This document shows positions 18,817 through 35,895 of a DNA stretch of 64,000 bases, one piece after another. The notes under the pieces were generated by a model. It made no database searches. It was not told the DNA's origin and saw nothing but the letters and a program-made list of their open reading frames with translations. Source of the stretch: Alphaproteobacteria bacterium (GTDB lineage Bacteria > Pseudomonadota > Alphaproteobacteria > JANQMY01). A program made the translations under genes and the position numbers. Location: positions 30,613 through 94,612 of the forward strand of contig JANQPL010000008.1 in assembly GCA_028289425.1 (NCBI GenBank), read 5' to 3'. Positions within the stretch are counted from its first letter, which is position 1. The number at the start of each line of letters is the position of its first letter.

Positions 18817-20037
18817 TCAGGCCGCCACGTCGACGCGGGCAAGCGCGCATTGAGACCAAATCTCCGAAAGCGCATTGACCAGGTGGTCAATGTCTTTGTC
18901 CGTATGCAGCGGCGACGGCGTGATGCGCAGACGTTCGGTACCGCGCGGCACGGTGGGATAATTGATCGGCTGCACATAAATCCCATGATTGTCCAGCAGC
19001 CAATCGCTGATCATCTTGCACTTCTTGGGGTCTTTCACCATGACTGGAATAATGTGGCTCGGATTGTCCAGCATGGGGATCCCCACGGCCCGAAGCTTGT
19101 GACGAACCCTTGCCACCCGTTCTTGATGCCGTTCACGCTCTGCTTGGCTTTGCTTGAGGTGACGAACGCTGGTCAGCGCGCCCGCCGCAACCGCCGGCGG
19201 CAAAGCCGTTGTAAAGATGAAACCCGACGCAAAGCTGCGCACAAAATCGCAAAGAGGCGCGGATGCCGCAATATATCCGCCGAGCACACCGAAAGCCTTG
19301 GCAAGGGTGCCTTCGATGATGGTGACCCGGTCCATGACGCCTTCGCGTTCGGCAATGCCGCCGCCCCGCGGACCGTAGAGCCCGACCGCGTGGACTTCAT
19401 CCAAATAGGTGATGGCGTTGTGCTTTTCGGCCACTTCGCAAATTTCGGCGATGGGCGCGATGTCGCCGTCCATTGAATAGACGGATTCGAAAGCGACCAT
19501 CTTCGGCCTGTCCCCCTCAACCGTGCTCAGCTTGGCATCAAGATCTTCGGGATCATTGTGCTTGAACACCAAATAGTCGGCACGACTGTGGCGAATGCCT
19601 TCAATCATGGACGCATGGTTGCTCGCATCGGACAACACCATGCAATTGGGCAGCCTCGACGCAAGGGTCCCAATACCCGCCCAGTTGGAGACATACCCGG
19701 ATGTAAACAGCAGGGCGGCTTCCTTGCCGTGCAAATCGGCCAGTTCCCGCTCCAGCAACACATGCAAATGATTGGTACCGGAAATGTTTCGTGTGCCGCC
19801 CGCCCCGGCGCCGCACTTATCCAGTGCCTGATGCATCGCAGACAAGACGATGGGGTTTTGGCCCATGCCCAGGTAATCGTTGGAGCACCAAACCGTCACC
19901 TCGCTGGTCTGGTCACCGTCATATTTGGTGGCATTGGGAAATGCGCCAGCCTTCCGTTCCAATTCAGCAAATATGCGATAGCGCCCTTCGTCTTTCAGGG
20001 CATTGAGTGACTGAACGAAAAATGCATCGTAGTCCAT
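18817..20037 (-). CDS. hemA: 5-aminolevulinate synthase
   Basis: [34 protein letters not shown] ... [14 protein letters not shown] ... GTLAKAFG (PLP Lys). AAAGGAG SD before the ATG at 20037. The track ORF extends to 20118. Confidence 0.93.
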   Translation of the reverse strand: MDYDAFFVQSLNALKDEGRYRIFAELERKAGAFPNATKYDGDQTSEVTVWCSNDYLGMGQNPIVLSAMHQALDKCGAGAGGTRNISGTNHLHVLLERELADLHGKEAALLFTSGYVSNWAGIGTLASRLPNCMVLSDASNHASMIEGIRHSRADYLVFKHNDPEDLDAKLSTVEGDRPKMVAFESVYSMDGDIAPIAEICEVAEKHNAITYLDEVHAVGLYGPRGGGIAEREGVMDRVTIIEGTLAKAFGVLGGYIAASAPLCDFVRSFASGFIFTTALPPAVAAGALTSVRHLKQSQAERERHQERVARVRHKLRAVGIPMLDNPSHIIPVMVKDPKKCKMISDWLLDNHGIYVQPINYPTVPRGTERLRITPSPLHTDKDIDHLVNALSEIWSQCALARVDVAA

Positions 20038-20129
20038 GGCGATTTCTCCTTTTCCGATGCAACGAGCTTTGCCGCCCGCATTTATCTGTTTTGTCGGTCT
20101 CGTCTTTCCTGCCGACAATTTTCGTTACT

Positions 20130-20906
20130 CTACCGTCCGGTGCCCGTTGCGGATGTGGGTACAACCCAGCGCCAAAGCGCCGCTTCCCGCACCGGCAACA
20201 CCATGAAAAGATGCTCAATGATCGCGAGCGCCAACAATCCAGCCACCAGCGCATGCCCCGCAATCATGGCATCTGTTAAATCTCCTGAGGTGATCCTGAA
20301 ACAGAGAACCACCACGCCAATCACCGCCACCGAAACCGACAGAGGGAAAAACAAGTTTTTGTTTCTTTTCCCAAAATAGGATTTCAGATGGCGCAGCCGA
20401 TGGGGAAGCAGTTCATCGCTGAAACTCGGTACGCCGAGAAAAAGATTTAGCTTGGCGCTCAAGCGCATTACCACCAAGACCATGAACGTCCACGCAGCAA
20501 TCTGGTTGGGCGCATTCCATGTGAGCGCAATTAGTGCGGCCGCAAGGGCGACAATCAGAATCTCGTGATAAATCAGCGTTTGCGTTGCCAACCAAAACCG
20601 TTCCCATCCTTGTGCGTGAGGCGGACAGGGCAACTGCCTTGGACCGACCACGAGTCCGTTCAGGAAACTCAGCTCGACCCAGGCCCAAACCACAATCGCG
20701 CTTAGGAAAGCGACGTACACACCCCAAAGACTCGTGTCCGCGGCCGTTGTCGCGATCGCGTACAAGGCCAACCCACCGGCGACCGTCATCGCGGTCATCG
20801 TTACAACGGATGAAATCTGGGTGAGGGACCCCAAGAAAAACACAAGCCCCGTACTCGCCCACCAGACGATGACAGCAAACAGCAATGCTAGGCCTATTTC
20901 GGCCAT
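20130..20906 (-). CDS. puhE: Photosynthetic complex assembly protein PuhE
   Basis: 258-aa polytopic membrane protein (MAEIGLALLFAVIVWWASTGLVFFLG...). Position acsF-puhE-hemA as in other PGCs. Confidence 0.82.
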   Translation of the reverse strand: MAEIGLALLFAVIVWWASTGLVFFLGSLTQISSVVTMTAMTVAGGLALYAIATTAADTSLWGVYVAFLSAIVVWAWVELSFLNGLVVGPRQLPCPPHAQGWERFWLATQTLIYHEILIVALAAALIALTWNAPNQIAAWTFMVLVVMRLSAKLNLFLGVPSFSDELLPHRLRHLKSYFGKRNKNLFFPLSVSVAVIGVVVLCFRITSGDLTDAMIAGHALVAGLLALAIIEHLFMVLPVREAALWRWVVPTSATGTGR

Positions 20907-20927
20907 GAGCGTGTAACCTTCTTTTGC

Positions 20928-22001
20928 CTACCAGCTTGGCGCCAAACGCACGGTGGCCGGAGCGTCATTACGTTGCGTAGGCAGAATGTACAGCGAAGCG
21001 AAAGTCAAACCGGCAGCCACTGTCAGCCGCATTTTGCGCAGTTTGGCGAGCACACCGCCCTGCTGGCCGGCATCTTCCATTTCGCGGGAAATGCGGCGCA
21101 TGCGTTCCATGCGTTCGCGGAATTTCGGGTTATCCGTATCCAGCGTCATCGGAAAGATCTGCTTCGTGATCTCCGAACAGATTTGGAAGACCTTGTAGTC
21201 GTATTCCGTCGGTGTAAATCCGAGCGCTTTGTGCAGGGCCGGGCGCGAATGGTCGCGCACATACATGGTGCAATAGACCGACAGCAGGAAGAAGCGGATC
21301 CAAAGCTTGTTGTGCCCGCGCAACAAATGAGGCTGCGCCCGCATCATGAGAGCAAACGCTTCACCATGCCTGAATTCATCATTGCACCAACTTTCGAACC
21401 ACTTGAAGATGGGATGAAACCGCAGCTCAGGATGCCGTTCCAGCTGACGGAAAATGGTGATGTATCGGGCGTATCCGATCTTCTCGGACAAATACACGGC
21501 ATAGATGATAAATTTGGGGCTGAAATAGGTGTACTTCTTGGTTTTGGTCAGCGCGCTTAGATCGATGCCGATGCCAAACCCTTTCAGCGCCTTGTTGATG
21601 AAACCGGCATGCCGCGATTCATCCCGTGTCATGTATTGGAACAGCGCCTTTATATCCGGATTGTCGGACCGTTTGACGATTTCCGAATAGAGAACGCAAC
21701 CGGAATATTCGGCCGTCAGCGAACTCACCAGAAAGTCTACGAACTCTGTCCGCAGTTCTTCGGGCAGCCGGTCGAGACTGTCTTCCAGCTCGCCCTCGTC
21801 CCTAAAGTGCTGCCGGTTCCCGTCCTCTTCCATTTCCGCCAATAGCGCATCCCATTCGGCCCTCACCGAACCGACATCCATGGCATTCATCGCCGCGTAG
21901 TCTGTCTTGTAAAACCGTGGGCTGATGATCTTGTTTTCACGCGCCATGTTCAGCGTGTCTTCATTGCTAAAAGTGGTCGGTGCGACAGTCGCGGCTTCCA
22001 T
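20928..22001 (-). CDS. acsF: Mg-protoporphyrin IX monomethyl ester aerobic oxidative cyclase
   Basis: 357 aa. Di-iron motifs [36 protein letters not shown]. Confidence 0.95.
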   Translation of the reverse strand: MEAATVAPTTFSNEDTLNMARENKIISPRFYKTDYAAMNAMDVGSVRAEWDALLAEMEEDGNRQHFRDEGELEDSLDRLPEELRTEFVDFLVSSLTAEYSGCVLYSEIVKRSDNPDIKALFQYMTRDESRHAGFINKALKGFGIGIDLSALTKTKKYTYFSPKFIIYAVYLSEKIGYARYITIFRQLERHPELRFHPIFKWFESWCNDEFRHGEAFALMMRAQPHLLRGHNKLWIRFFLLSVYCTMYVRDHSRPALHKALGFTPTEYDYKVFQICSEITKQIFPMTLDTDNPKFRERMERMRRISREMEDAGQQGGVLAKLRKMRLTVAAGLTFASLYILPTQRNDAPATVRLAPSW

Positions 22002-22068
22002 GTTTTAGTCTCCTATTGTGCGCAATCCGCGGACCCCTCAGCCGGAGTGCCACGACCTGCGCGATCAG

Positions 22069-22557
22069 TCATGTTGCCGGCGCGGCGCCGGCGAGAAATC
22101 GATTAAACACGTCCTTATTGCCTTGCCCGAAGGCACCCAGATTTATGCGTATGCCTGTCGCTTGGTCCTCTAGCGACAGTCGATCGTCCGTCCACAACAC
22201 CAGTTGATAGACCGTCGGATCTTCAAGCCCGCGCTTCTGGCGCTCGAATGTCAGTCCCGAGACGACCGCCCTAACGAAACCTTCTTCTTCTTGAAGCGGA
22301 CCCAAGTCCTTCTTTTGGACCACATCGAACACGTGGAGCGCGCCGTCGGGACCATTGTCGAACTGAAGTTGGCGGACGAGTTTCGGGGACACCGTCGCGA
22401 AGGCGGGATGCGCTTCTCGCTCGACGCCGATATTGCTGATTTGGTGGTAAGCCACCAGCAGTAGGCAGCTTGCGATCAATACACCGGCGCCCACCAACAG
22501 GCTTTGGGGGATTTTATCGTCGTGGCTGTCGCTCATGTTCGCGTCGTGTCTTGCCAT
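22069..22557 (-). CDS. puhC: Photosynthetic complex assembly protein PuhC
   Basis: MARHDANMSDSHDDKIPQSLLVGAGVLIASCLLLVAY (one TM), then a periplasmic domain ...LVLWTDDRLSLEDQATGIRINLGAFGQGN. Start moved to the ATG at 22557 because the track ORF N-terminus (to 22647) runs through the operator/promoter. Confidence 0.8.
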   Translation of the reverse strand: MARHDANMSDSHDDKIPQSLLVGAGVLIASCLLLVAYHQISNIGVEREAHPAFATVSPKLVRQLQFDNGPDGALHVFDVVQKKDLGPLQEEEGFVRAVVSGLTFERQKRGLEDPTVYQLVLWTDDRLSLEDQATGIRINLGAFGQGNKDVFNRFLAGAAPAT

Positions 22558-22602
22558 CGCCAAATGGGTGCTCCGCTTGGTCCGGCAGAGCGTCAAGTAG
22601 CG

Positions 22603-22646
22603 TGTATGATATGCCTGACACTCCAGAGTGTCAATTAGATGTGACA
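22603..22646. promoter_or_regulatory. Twin perfect PpsR/CrtJ operator overlapping a strong sigma70-like promoter facing puhC
   Basis: TGTATGATATGCCTGACA (22603-22620) and TGTCAATTAGATGTGACA (22629-22646) are separated by an 8-bp spacer. The minus strand reads TTGACA-N17-TATCAT, with the -35 in the distal box and the -10 in the proximal box. Confidence 0.75.
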
Positions 22647-22742
22647 CTCGGACATGGTCAAAAATGCAAGGATTTGTGCGGATTTACCGAGCAGCCGACG
22701 GAGCTTCGCGCCGGGTTCGGCCTATCGCATGACCGGCACGGG

Positions 22743-23462
22743 TTAAGCGGCGGAAACAGAAAAACCCTGGGCCTGCTCCAGCGGGCGCGCGGCAGAAGGC
22801 GAGCGTTCGGTCCCCTTGTCGGCAGACAAATCGGCCTGCTCCACCTCGGCTTCTCGCGCCCCAGTAAGGTGTGCCGTATTGGCTTTCCAAGCCGCATCGA
22901 ACTTGGCCGCCACATCGGCTGAATCTTCCAAGGCACGCAACATGGGCTCCGGCCAGCGCAGGCGCCACGGCCGGGCATGAGGCCACAAATGCGCATATCC
23001 GATACGCGACGATTTATCGATCGCGACGGCGATTTCACCGAAAGAACCGCCGAGCACGCGCAAGTCTGCCGACGTGACGACACTGAACGGAACATTGATG
23101 GCCATGGGCAACGCCATGCCGTATCTCAGCACCAGCCGCCGATTGGTAATGGTGTAAACGGTGGTGCGCGCCGCGTAGAAAGCCATCAATGTCAGCACTG
23201 CGGCGCCAACGATCGCGAGCGGCAAGAGATCCGCCGCGGCACTCAGGCCTGACAGCGCAGAGCCGCTGTCAAGATAGGTCGACGTTCCCCGCCAAATCAT
23301 CAGCACAATGAAATAGATGATCATGGCTCTTAGGTGGAAGGCTTGTACCGCAAGAACCTTCCAGTCAGGCGCCCCTTGCCACAGAATGTGCTCCCCGTCC
23401 GGAAGTTCTTCCGGCAGCCCCTTGATGGGTTCCACAGCAAAATCGTCATGGCCGTGGCTCAT
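22743..23462 (-). CDS. puhB: Photosynthetic complex assembly protein PuhB
   Basis: 239 aa. EPIKGLPEELPDGEHILWQGAPDWKVLAVQAFHLR ... YTITNRRLVLRYGMALPMAINVPF. ATGA-type overlap with the puhA stop. Confidence 0.85.
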   Translation of the reverse strand: MSHGHDDFAVEPIKGLPEELPDGEHILWQGAPDWKVLAVQAFHLRAMIIYFIVLMIWRGTSTYLDSGSALSGLSAAADLLPLAIVGAAVLTLMAFYAARTTVYTITNRRLVLRYGMALPMAINVPFSVVTSADLRVLGGSFGEIAVAIDKSSRIGYAHLWPHARPWRLRWPEPMLRALEDSADVAAKFDAAWKANTAHLTGAREAEVEQADLSADKGTERSPSAARPLEQAQGFSVSAA

Positions 23463-24229
23463 ACCAACGGCTCCGTCCTAAATGAATTGGCATAGAGATA
23501 GCCGCCGCCATAATAGGCGCAAATCCGTTCCTCTTCGTCCGCCGTTATTTGATCCGGATTGGAAAGCTGCGGCACGTCGGCAAAATGCATAGAGCCGATC
23601 GCATCGACCACCACCTTATTCCGTCCACCGTCGATCACCACTTGAGAGATGGGGGCAAGCACCTTCGTTTCGCCGTCATCGAGTGTGATTTCGAGATAGC
23701 GCACCAGCGATTCCGGACGATCGACCCAAATGTCCGTCACAGTTCCCGCGGCATGTCCGTCGGTCCCGAAGACACGCATGTTCCTGGGGTCGCTATCCTT
23801 GCTATCGACAAAAAAGTCTGTGGCGATCCGCATGGGCGCCAATTTGGGTTTGCCATTGTGGTCGAGGTCCGGCTCTTTCGCTCGCGTTGCGTAGGAACCC
23901 GGCCCCACGCCGGCCAACATCGGATTCTCGGTCGTCGGTTGACTGGGTGACCCGGGAATCACACTCACCCGTTTCAGCGGCAAATCGCGCTCTCTGCGGC
24001 TAAAATCTGGGGAGGTGACGGTGCCGCGATCAAACGGCAGATGAAATTCCTTGGGGCCCGGCACGAAGATAAAGGCGCCGGTAGAGTCGCGTATGCCCGA
24101 TCCGTCTTGTTCCAGCGGGTAGCCTTCGCGGCGGTCTTCCCGGCGTAGATAGAAAACCAGGCCGATAAAAAACGCGGTGAACAAAATCAGGGAAATAAAG
24201 GCCAGATCGATCTCGTAAAATGCACTCAT
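23459..24229 (-). CDS. puhA: Photosynthetic reaction centre H subunit
   Basis: MSAFYEIDLAFISLILFTAFFIGLVFYLRREDRREGYPLE ... PMRIATDFFVDSKDSDPRNMRVFGTDGHAAGTVTDIWVDRPESLVRYLEI. AAGGA SD before the ATG at 24229. Confidence 0.93.
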   Translation of the reverse strand: MSAFYEIDLAFISLILFTAFFIGLVFYLRREDRREGYPLEQDGSGIRDSTGAFIFVPGPKEFHLPFDRGTVTSPDFSRRERDLPLKRVSVIPGSPSQPTTENPMLAGVGPGSYATRAKEPDLDHNGKPKLAPMRIATDFFVDSKDSDPRNMRVFGTDGHAAGTVTDIWVDRPESLVRYLEITLDDGETKVLAPISQVVIDGGRNKVVVDAIGSMHFADVPQLSNPDQITADEEERICAYYGGGYLYANSFRTEPLV

Positions 24230-24252
24230 GACGTTTTCCTTTCTCGCCCCAA

Positions 24253-25686
24253 TCACGAAGGCAGTCGGGCAAGTCCAAACTTTTTGGAAGGCGTGGATCC
24301 TCGCGCTTGTGCAAGCCGCGCCAATGGGCCGATTGCAATCAACGTCGCGAACAACAACAACAGTTCAATGCCGTAAACGGCCACATACCCCGTCGAACTT
24401 GACTGAAGGGTCGACCCAAGAACGCCTGTGCCGGCAAGCCCCGAAACAAGATCACGGGTGGCGCCGCCAAGCCCCATGGCAATCCCGGCCATGGTCGCCT
24501 GGACCGCTCCCCAAGCGCCAAGCGCGAGGCCGTTTTGCCCCTGCACAGCCAACCGCATCGCGGCGGCAAGCGTCGACACCGAGAAAAGCCCGCTGCCAAA
24601 GCCGATGACGATCGTTCCTATGCGGAATAAGAAAGGCGAGTCTATCGGTGCCGCCAGCATCACGATGGCAAACCCCGGCACGCCGATAAGCGCTGCGTAA
24701 CCTGCCAAACGATAAGGATCCCAGCCGCGGCTCAGCAAATGGGCCGCAGCGCCAAACGACACGATGGCACCGGCGCTGAAAAGCGCGGTGAGGAGTGTTG
24801 TTGACGCAACCGACAGACCGATCACCTCGCCGCCATAGGGCTCAAGCAAAATATCTTGCATGCTGAAAGCCGCCGTTCCGACCCCCACGGCGATCAAGAA
24901 GCGCTTGGCATCATTGTTTGCCAGAAATGCGCGCCACGTGTCGCCAAACGCTTTGGGGGTCTCCAGCTTGCCCGGGTCGGTGGTTCTGCGCGGTTCTTGT
25001 TTCCAAAGAGCGAATGAGTTTATCGCCAGCGTGACAACTGCAGCGCCTTGGATCACCTGGATAAGACGCAAGGGCGTGAAATCAACAAGCAGCACGCCAA
25101 ACAACAGGCTTGAGAAAAACAGGCCGACCAGCAGCATCACATACATCAGCGCCACAACGCGGGGGCGCGTGTCGGGTTTTGCAAGGTCGCCGGCAAGGGC
25201 CAGACCCGCGGTCTGCGTCGAGTGAACGCCGGCGCCGATCAGCAAAAATGCAAGGGCCGCTGCCGCAATTCCCACATTGACCGGCGCACCGCCATCGCCG
25301 GTTAGCACGATCAACGCAAACGGCATGATGGCCAGGCCGCCGAATTGAAGCAGCGTGCCGAACCAAATATACGGCACACGGCGCCATCCGAAAGCAGACC
25401 TATGTGTATCTGACCTAAAGCCGATCAGCGCGCGGAAGGGGGCGAACAGCAAGGGAAGAGCGACCATCACCGATACCAATGTGGCGGACGTTCCCAATTC
25501 AACGATCATGACCCGGTTCAATGTGCCGAATGTCATGGCCATGGCCATGCCGACGGAGATTTGAAACAAGGACAAACGCAGCAGGCGGCTGAGGGGCAAA
25601 TCCTCGGTTGCGGCATCGGCGAACGGCAGAAACTTAACGCTTATCTGCGACCAAAACTGCTTCTGCTGGACCGCACCATCGCTCAT
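24253..25686 (-). CDS. lhaA: LH1 assembly protein LhaA (PucC/BCD-family MFS)
   Basis: FLPFADAATEDLPLSRLLRLSLFQISVGMAMAMTFGTLNRVMIVELG. The ATG at 25686 overlaps the bchM stop (ATGA). Position bchM-lhaA-puhA. Confidence 0.88.
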   Translation of the reverse strand: MSDGAVQQKQFWSQISVKFLPFADAATEDLPLSRLLRLSLFQISVGMAMAMTFGTLNRVMIVELGTSATLVSVMVALPLLFAPFRALIGFRSDTHRSAFGWRRVPYIWFGTLLQFGGLAIMPFALIVLTGDGGAPVNVGIAAAALAFLLIGAGVHSTQTAGLALAGDLAKPDTRPRVVALMYVMLLVGLFFSSLLFGVLLVDFTPLRLIQVIQGAAVVTLAINSFALWKQEPRRTTDPGKLETPKAFGDTWRAFLANNDAKRFLIAVGVGTAAFSMQDILLEPYGGEVIGLSVASTTLLTALFSAGAIVSFGAAAHLLSRGWDPYRLAGYAALIGVPGFAIVMLAAPIDSPFLFRIGTIVIGFGSGLFSVSTLAAAMRLAVQGQNGLALGAWGAVQATMAGIAMGLGGATRDLVSGLAGTGVLGSTLQSSSTGYVAVYGIELLLLFATLIAIGPLARLAQARGSTPSKKFGLARLPS

Positions 25687-26395
25687 GGGGCGCACAGCTC
25701 CATCGCTTGCGAGACGTAAAACCCGCTGACAACCCGGTCCGAACGGCCGATCCGCCATTGCGCGAAAACGTCATGGTTCCCAAGCTGGCGACGCAATGAC
25801 GCCTCTTTGGTCGGCACGATCGATGGCGACCGGTTTCCTTTGGGGAAAAGCTGCCCCACGGCGTGCATCACACGAAGCGCCGTGGTGCTGGGAGCAAAAG
25901 TAAATTGGATTGTCCGATGCGTACGTTCCGCAAGGCTTGTGAGCGCGGCCAGGGCGTCCTTCGTTTCATAGTGTATGAGCGAGTCCATGCAAACCACATG
26001 ATCGAAGCTGCCGAACGACGGATCGAGCATGTCGCCAACGCGAAAGTCGATCGCCCCGGACGGCAGGTCTTGTGGCGCACGATCCCGCGCCAGATCGATC
26101 AGCTGCCCCGACACATCAACGGCGATCACTTCAGCCCCACGGCGCGCCGCTTCGACGCTCAACGCCCCGGACCCGCATCCGGCATCCAACAAACGTTGAC
26201 CACTGAGATCGGCGGGAAGACGGTCAAGCAACATTTGCCGCATTTGATCGCGTCCGGCGCGGACCGTTGCCCGCACCCCACTTACCGGCGCGTCTGAGGT
26301 TAGATCCTTCCATGCTTGCAGCGCCGTTTGATCGAAATAGGTTTCGATCCGGGTGCGGCGCTTAAGATATGCATCCTGGCCGGCCATGTGCGTCA

Positions 26396-26396
<1 letters not shown>
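25683..26396 (-). CDS. bchM: Mg-protoporphyrin IX methyltransferase
   Basis: 237 aa. IETYFDQTALQAWKDLTSDAPVSGVRATVRAGRDQMR, SAM motif LLDAGCGSGAL. Confidence 0.93.
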
Positions 26397-31039
<4,643 letters not shown>

Positions 31040-31065
<26 letters not shown>

Positions 31066-32608
31066 CGTAAAGCGTCGCTATGTTGATAACAGAAATTCCG
31101 CGTTCGGCGGCATAGCTCTCGGTATTGCGCCGGGCTTTGCCGCGAACGAAAAAGGGGATCTTCCGCAGTTCCGATTCTGCGTCCGCTTCCCAAGTCACCT
31201 GGTCGCCGGCGGTTTCTTCGGGAAAGGCGACCACATTGTCCGCCGGCTGCACGTGCTCATCAGCAGACGCCGGCGATGCGTGATTTGCCAGATGCGAGGG
31301 ACCGGAACTGTCGCTGAATTCAAAGTCGTCTCGGAACATGTTGAGCAGGTGCTCTTCAAGACCCATGACCAGCGGATGGACCCACGTGTCGAACAGAACA
31401 TTCGCGCCTTCGAATCCCATTTGCGGGGACGTCCGCGCAGGAAAATCCTGCACATGCACGGGCGCTGAAATAACGGCGCAGCCAATGCCAAGGCGCTTTG
31501 CGATGTGGCGCTCCATTTGGGTGCCCAATACAAGCTCGGGCTGAAGCTCGGCGATTTGGCGTTCGACCTCCAGGTAATCGTCGGTGATCAACGGTTCGAC
31601 GCCGTATTCTTTTGCCGCGGCCCGCAGATCTCGGGCGAATTCGCGGTTGTAGCAGCCAAGCCCGACCACTTTGAACCCAAGCTCTTCCGTGGCAACCCGG
31701 GCGGCGGCAACCGCGTGTGTGGCGTCGCCAAATATGAAGACGCGTTTCCCGGTCAGATAGGTAGAATCGATTGAACGTGACCACCAAGGCAATCGCGACT
31801 CGTCTTGCGCAAGCCCTAATGCCGGATCAACGCCGGCAATGTCGCCCACTTCCTTGATGAATTCCGTTGTGGCGCCATACCCGATGGGAACGGTTTTCAC
31901 CGACGGTTGTCCGAACGTGCGCTCAAGCCACTTGGCCGCCGTCTCGGCAATCTCCGGATACAGAACAATATTGAAATCGGCTTCCCCGAGCCGAACGAAA
32001 TCGCTGGGCGTGGCACTCATCGGGGCGACAACCGAGACGTCGATGCCCATGGCGCGCAACAATCCGGAAATTTCCTTCACATCGTCGCGATGCCGAAACC
32101 CGAGGGCCGTGGGGCCCAATATGTTGCAGCGGGGCTTGCGCCCTTCCTTGGACGGAGCCCGGCGCTCGGTGTCGGCAAGGCCGCGCACCACCTGATAAAA
32201 CGTTTCCGATGCGCCCCAGTTTTCCTTCCGGGAATAGGACGGAAGTTCCAGAGGGATTACGGGAACCGGCAGACCCAGCGTGCTCGCCAGCCCGCCCGGA
32301 TCGTCCTGGAGCAGCTCTGCCGTGCAGGACGCGCCTACCAACAAGAGCTGAGGGTCAAATCGCTCATAGGCTTCCTTTGCGGAATCCTTGAACAGTTCGG
32401 CCGTGTCTTTGCCCAGATCACGCGACTGAAACGTGGTGAAGGTCACGGGCGGCCGTTCCTTCCGCCGCTCGATCATCGTGAACAGAAGATCCGCATACGT
32501 ATCCCCCTGAGGGGCATGCAGAACGAAGTGAGTATCGCGCATGCCGGTAACCACACGCATCGCCCCAACATGAGGCGGACCTTCATATGTCCAGACCGTG
32601 AGCTTCAT
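31040..32608 (-). CDS. bchB: Light-independent protochlorophyllide reductase subunit B
   Basis: 522 aa. [48 protein letters not shown]. 26-nt overlap with the bchH start. Confidence 0.96.
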
Positions 32609-32611
32609 CGC

Positions 32612-34632
<2,021 letters not shown>

Positions 34633-34688
34633 CGCCCGCTCCTTGTGTTCTGTAAGGAATTGAAAGCGTATGACGACAAAAACGTGAT

Positions 34689-34732
34689 TGTCAATCTAGT
34701 ATGACGTCAGCTATAGTTGACACTGGATCACA
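34689..34732. promoter_or_regulatory. Candidate degenerate twin PpsR operator in the divergent bchF / aerR region
   Basis: TGTCAATCTAGTATGACG (34689-34706, TGT-N12-ACG), an 8-bp spacer, then AGTTGACACTGGATCACA (34715-34732, AGT-N12-ACA). The outer half-sites are perfect and the inner ones are off by one base each. TTGACA at 34717-34722 could be a -35 for aerR. Confidence 0.45.
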
Positions 34733-34927
34733 TATTGCGACAAAATGACCCAGATACACACTGAAGCAGGCTACTTACGCTAGGTCTGCTGGGTTCAAGA
34801 AATGGAAACCTACACGCGTTCAGACCCAGTCAGACCTACGGGGTATCGCGAAATTCATACGCGAGCGTCTCCTCCCCGGACAATAGAGGCCGCACAAAAA
34901 GGCGCCTCAGAAGAAAACGGAGGACAT

Positions 34928-35851
34928 ATGTCAACTACGTTTGACGGTCGGTCATCTGACAACGCTCTTCGCATTTCCGAGAAACAACAGGACGGTGACT
35001 ATCACAGGGGTCAATCGGGCTTAGGCGTCGGCCCTGATATCGCATCCAATGAAAAATCGGGCGCCGAACCGCCGACAGGCCCATCGTTGCTTGAATTGAT
35101 CGAATCGCAGGTATTGCCCCGCCTGCTTTTGGCGTCCGAAGCTGAGAGGCGCGACGACCCCAACAAGCGGGACGATGGTGTGGTTCAGCTGCCGCTCGAC
35201 CCTGTCGGACTGGCACACCTGTCGCTTGCAAGACCCGTTAACGAATTGGTGGATCACTTGGAGCGCATGATTGCGACCGGGCTTACACTTGACCAAGTGT
35301 ACCAAGATCTTCTAACACCAGCAGCGCGGGTGCTTGGCGTCATGTGGGAAAATGACGAATGCACATTCACCGATGTCACGCTGGGCCTCATCCGCCTTCA
35401 TCAAGTTCTGCGCCAATTGGCACAGAATCACCGGCATGATGCGCAAATACAGCTTAACGGCCGCAGCGCCTACTTTGCGCCCATGCCCGGTGAACAACAC
35501 AGTTTCGGTCTGGTAATGCTGGAGGAATATTTCATACTTTCCGGTTGGCGCGTACATGCAGGTATTAATCCGACAGCAGATGAAATCGTCGATGAGGTGT
35601 CAAACGAACACTTCGATGTGATTGGTTTTTCTTCCAGTCAGGAACACGACCTTGATTCGATGACCAGCCTGATCCGTCGCACACGCAAGGCCGTTGGAAA
35701 ACCAAACGCCGTCATTTTGGTTGGCGGGCGTGTATTCAACGACCGTTCAGAGTTTGCGTCGCTTGTGGGCGCTGATGCGACCGCACGCAACGGCCGGGAA
35801 GCTGTGTCAATTGCCGACCATCTTGTAAGCCGCGCTGCCGCCACCATCTAG
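34928..35851 (+). CDS. aerR: Cobalamin-binding antirepressor AerR / PpaA
   Basis: B12-binding-domain protein immediately upstream of ppsR. FAPMPGEQHSFGLVMLEEYF resembles the DxHxxG lower-ligand loop, followed by a Rossmann-like DVIGFSSSQEH...VILVGGRVF. GGAGG SD before the ATG at 34928. The track ORF begins at the ATG at 34802. Confidence 0.85.
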   Translation: MSTTFDGRSSDNALRISEKQQDGDYHRGQSGLGVGPDIASNEKSGAEPPTGPSLLELIESQVLPRLLLASEAERRDDPNKRDDGVVQLPLDPVGLAHLSLARPVNELVDHLERMIATGLTLDQVYQDLLTPAARVLGVMWENDECTFTDVTLGLIRLHQVLRQLAQNHRHDAQIQLNGRSAYFAPMPGEQHSFGLVMLEEYFILSGWRVHAGINPTADEIVDEVSNEHFDVIGFSSSQEHDLDSMTSLIRRTRKAVGKPNAVILVGGRVFNDRSEFASLVGADATARNGREAVSIADHLVSRAAATI

Positions 35852-35895
35852 TTTGTGCCGAAGCAAAATAGATTGGTTAGTACTTGGGGAACAGT

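Noticed and set aside
22558-22647. N-terminal extension of the puhC track ORF (MSHLIDTLECQAYHTRYLTL...)
   Set aside because: The extension would be translated straight through the twin PpsR boxes and the TTGACA-N17-TATCAT promoter. The conserved PuhC sequence begins after the ATG at 22557.
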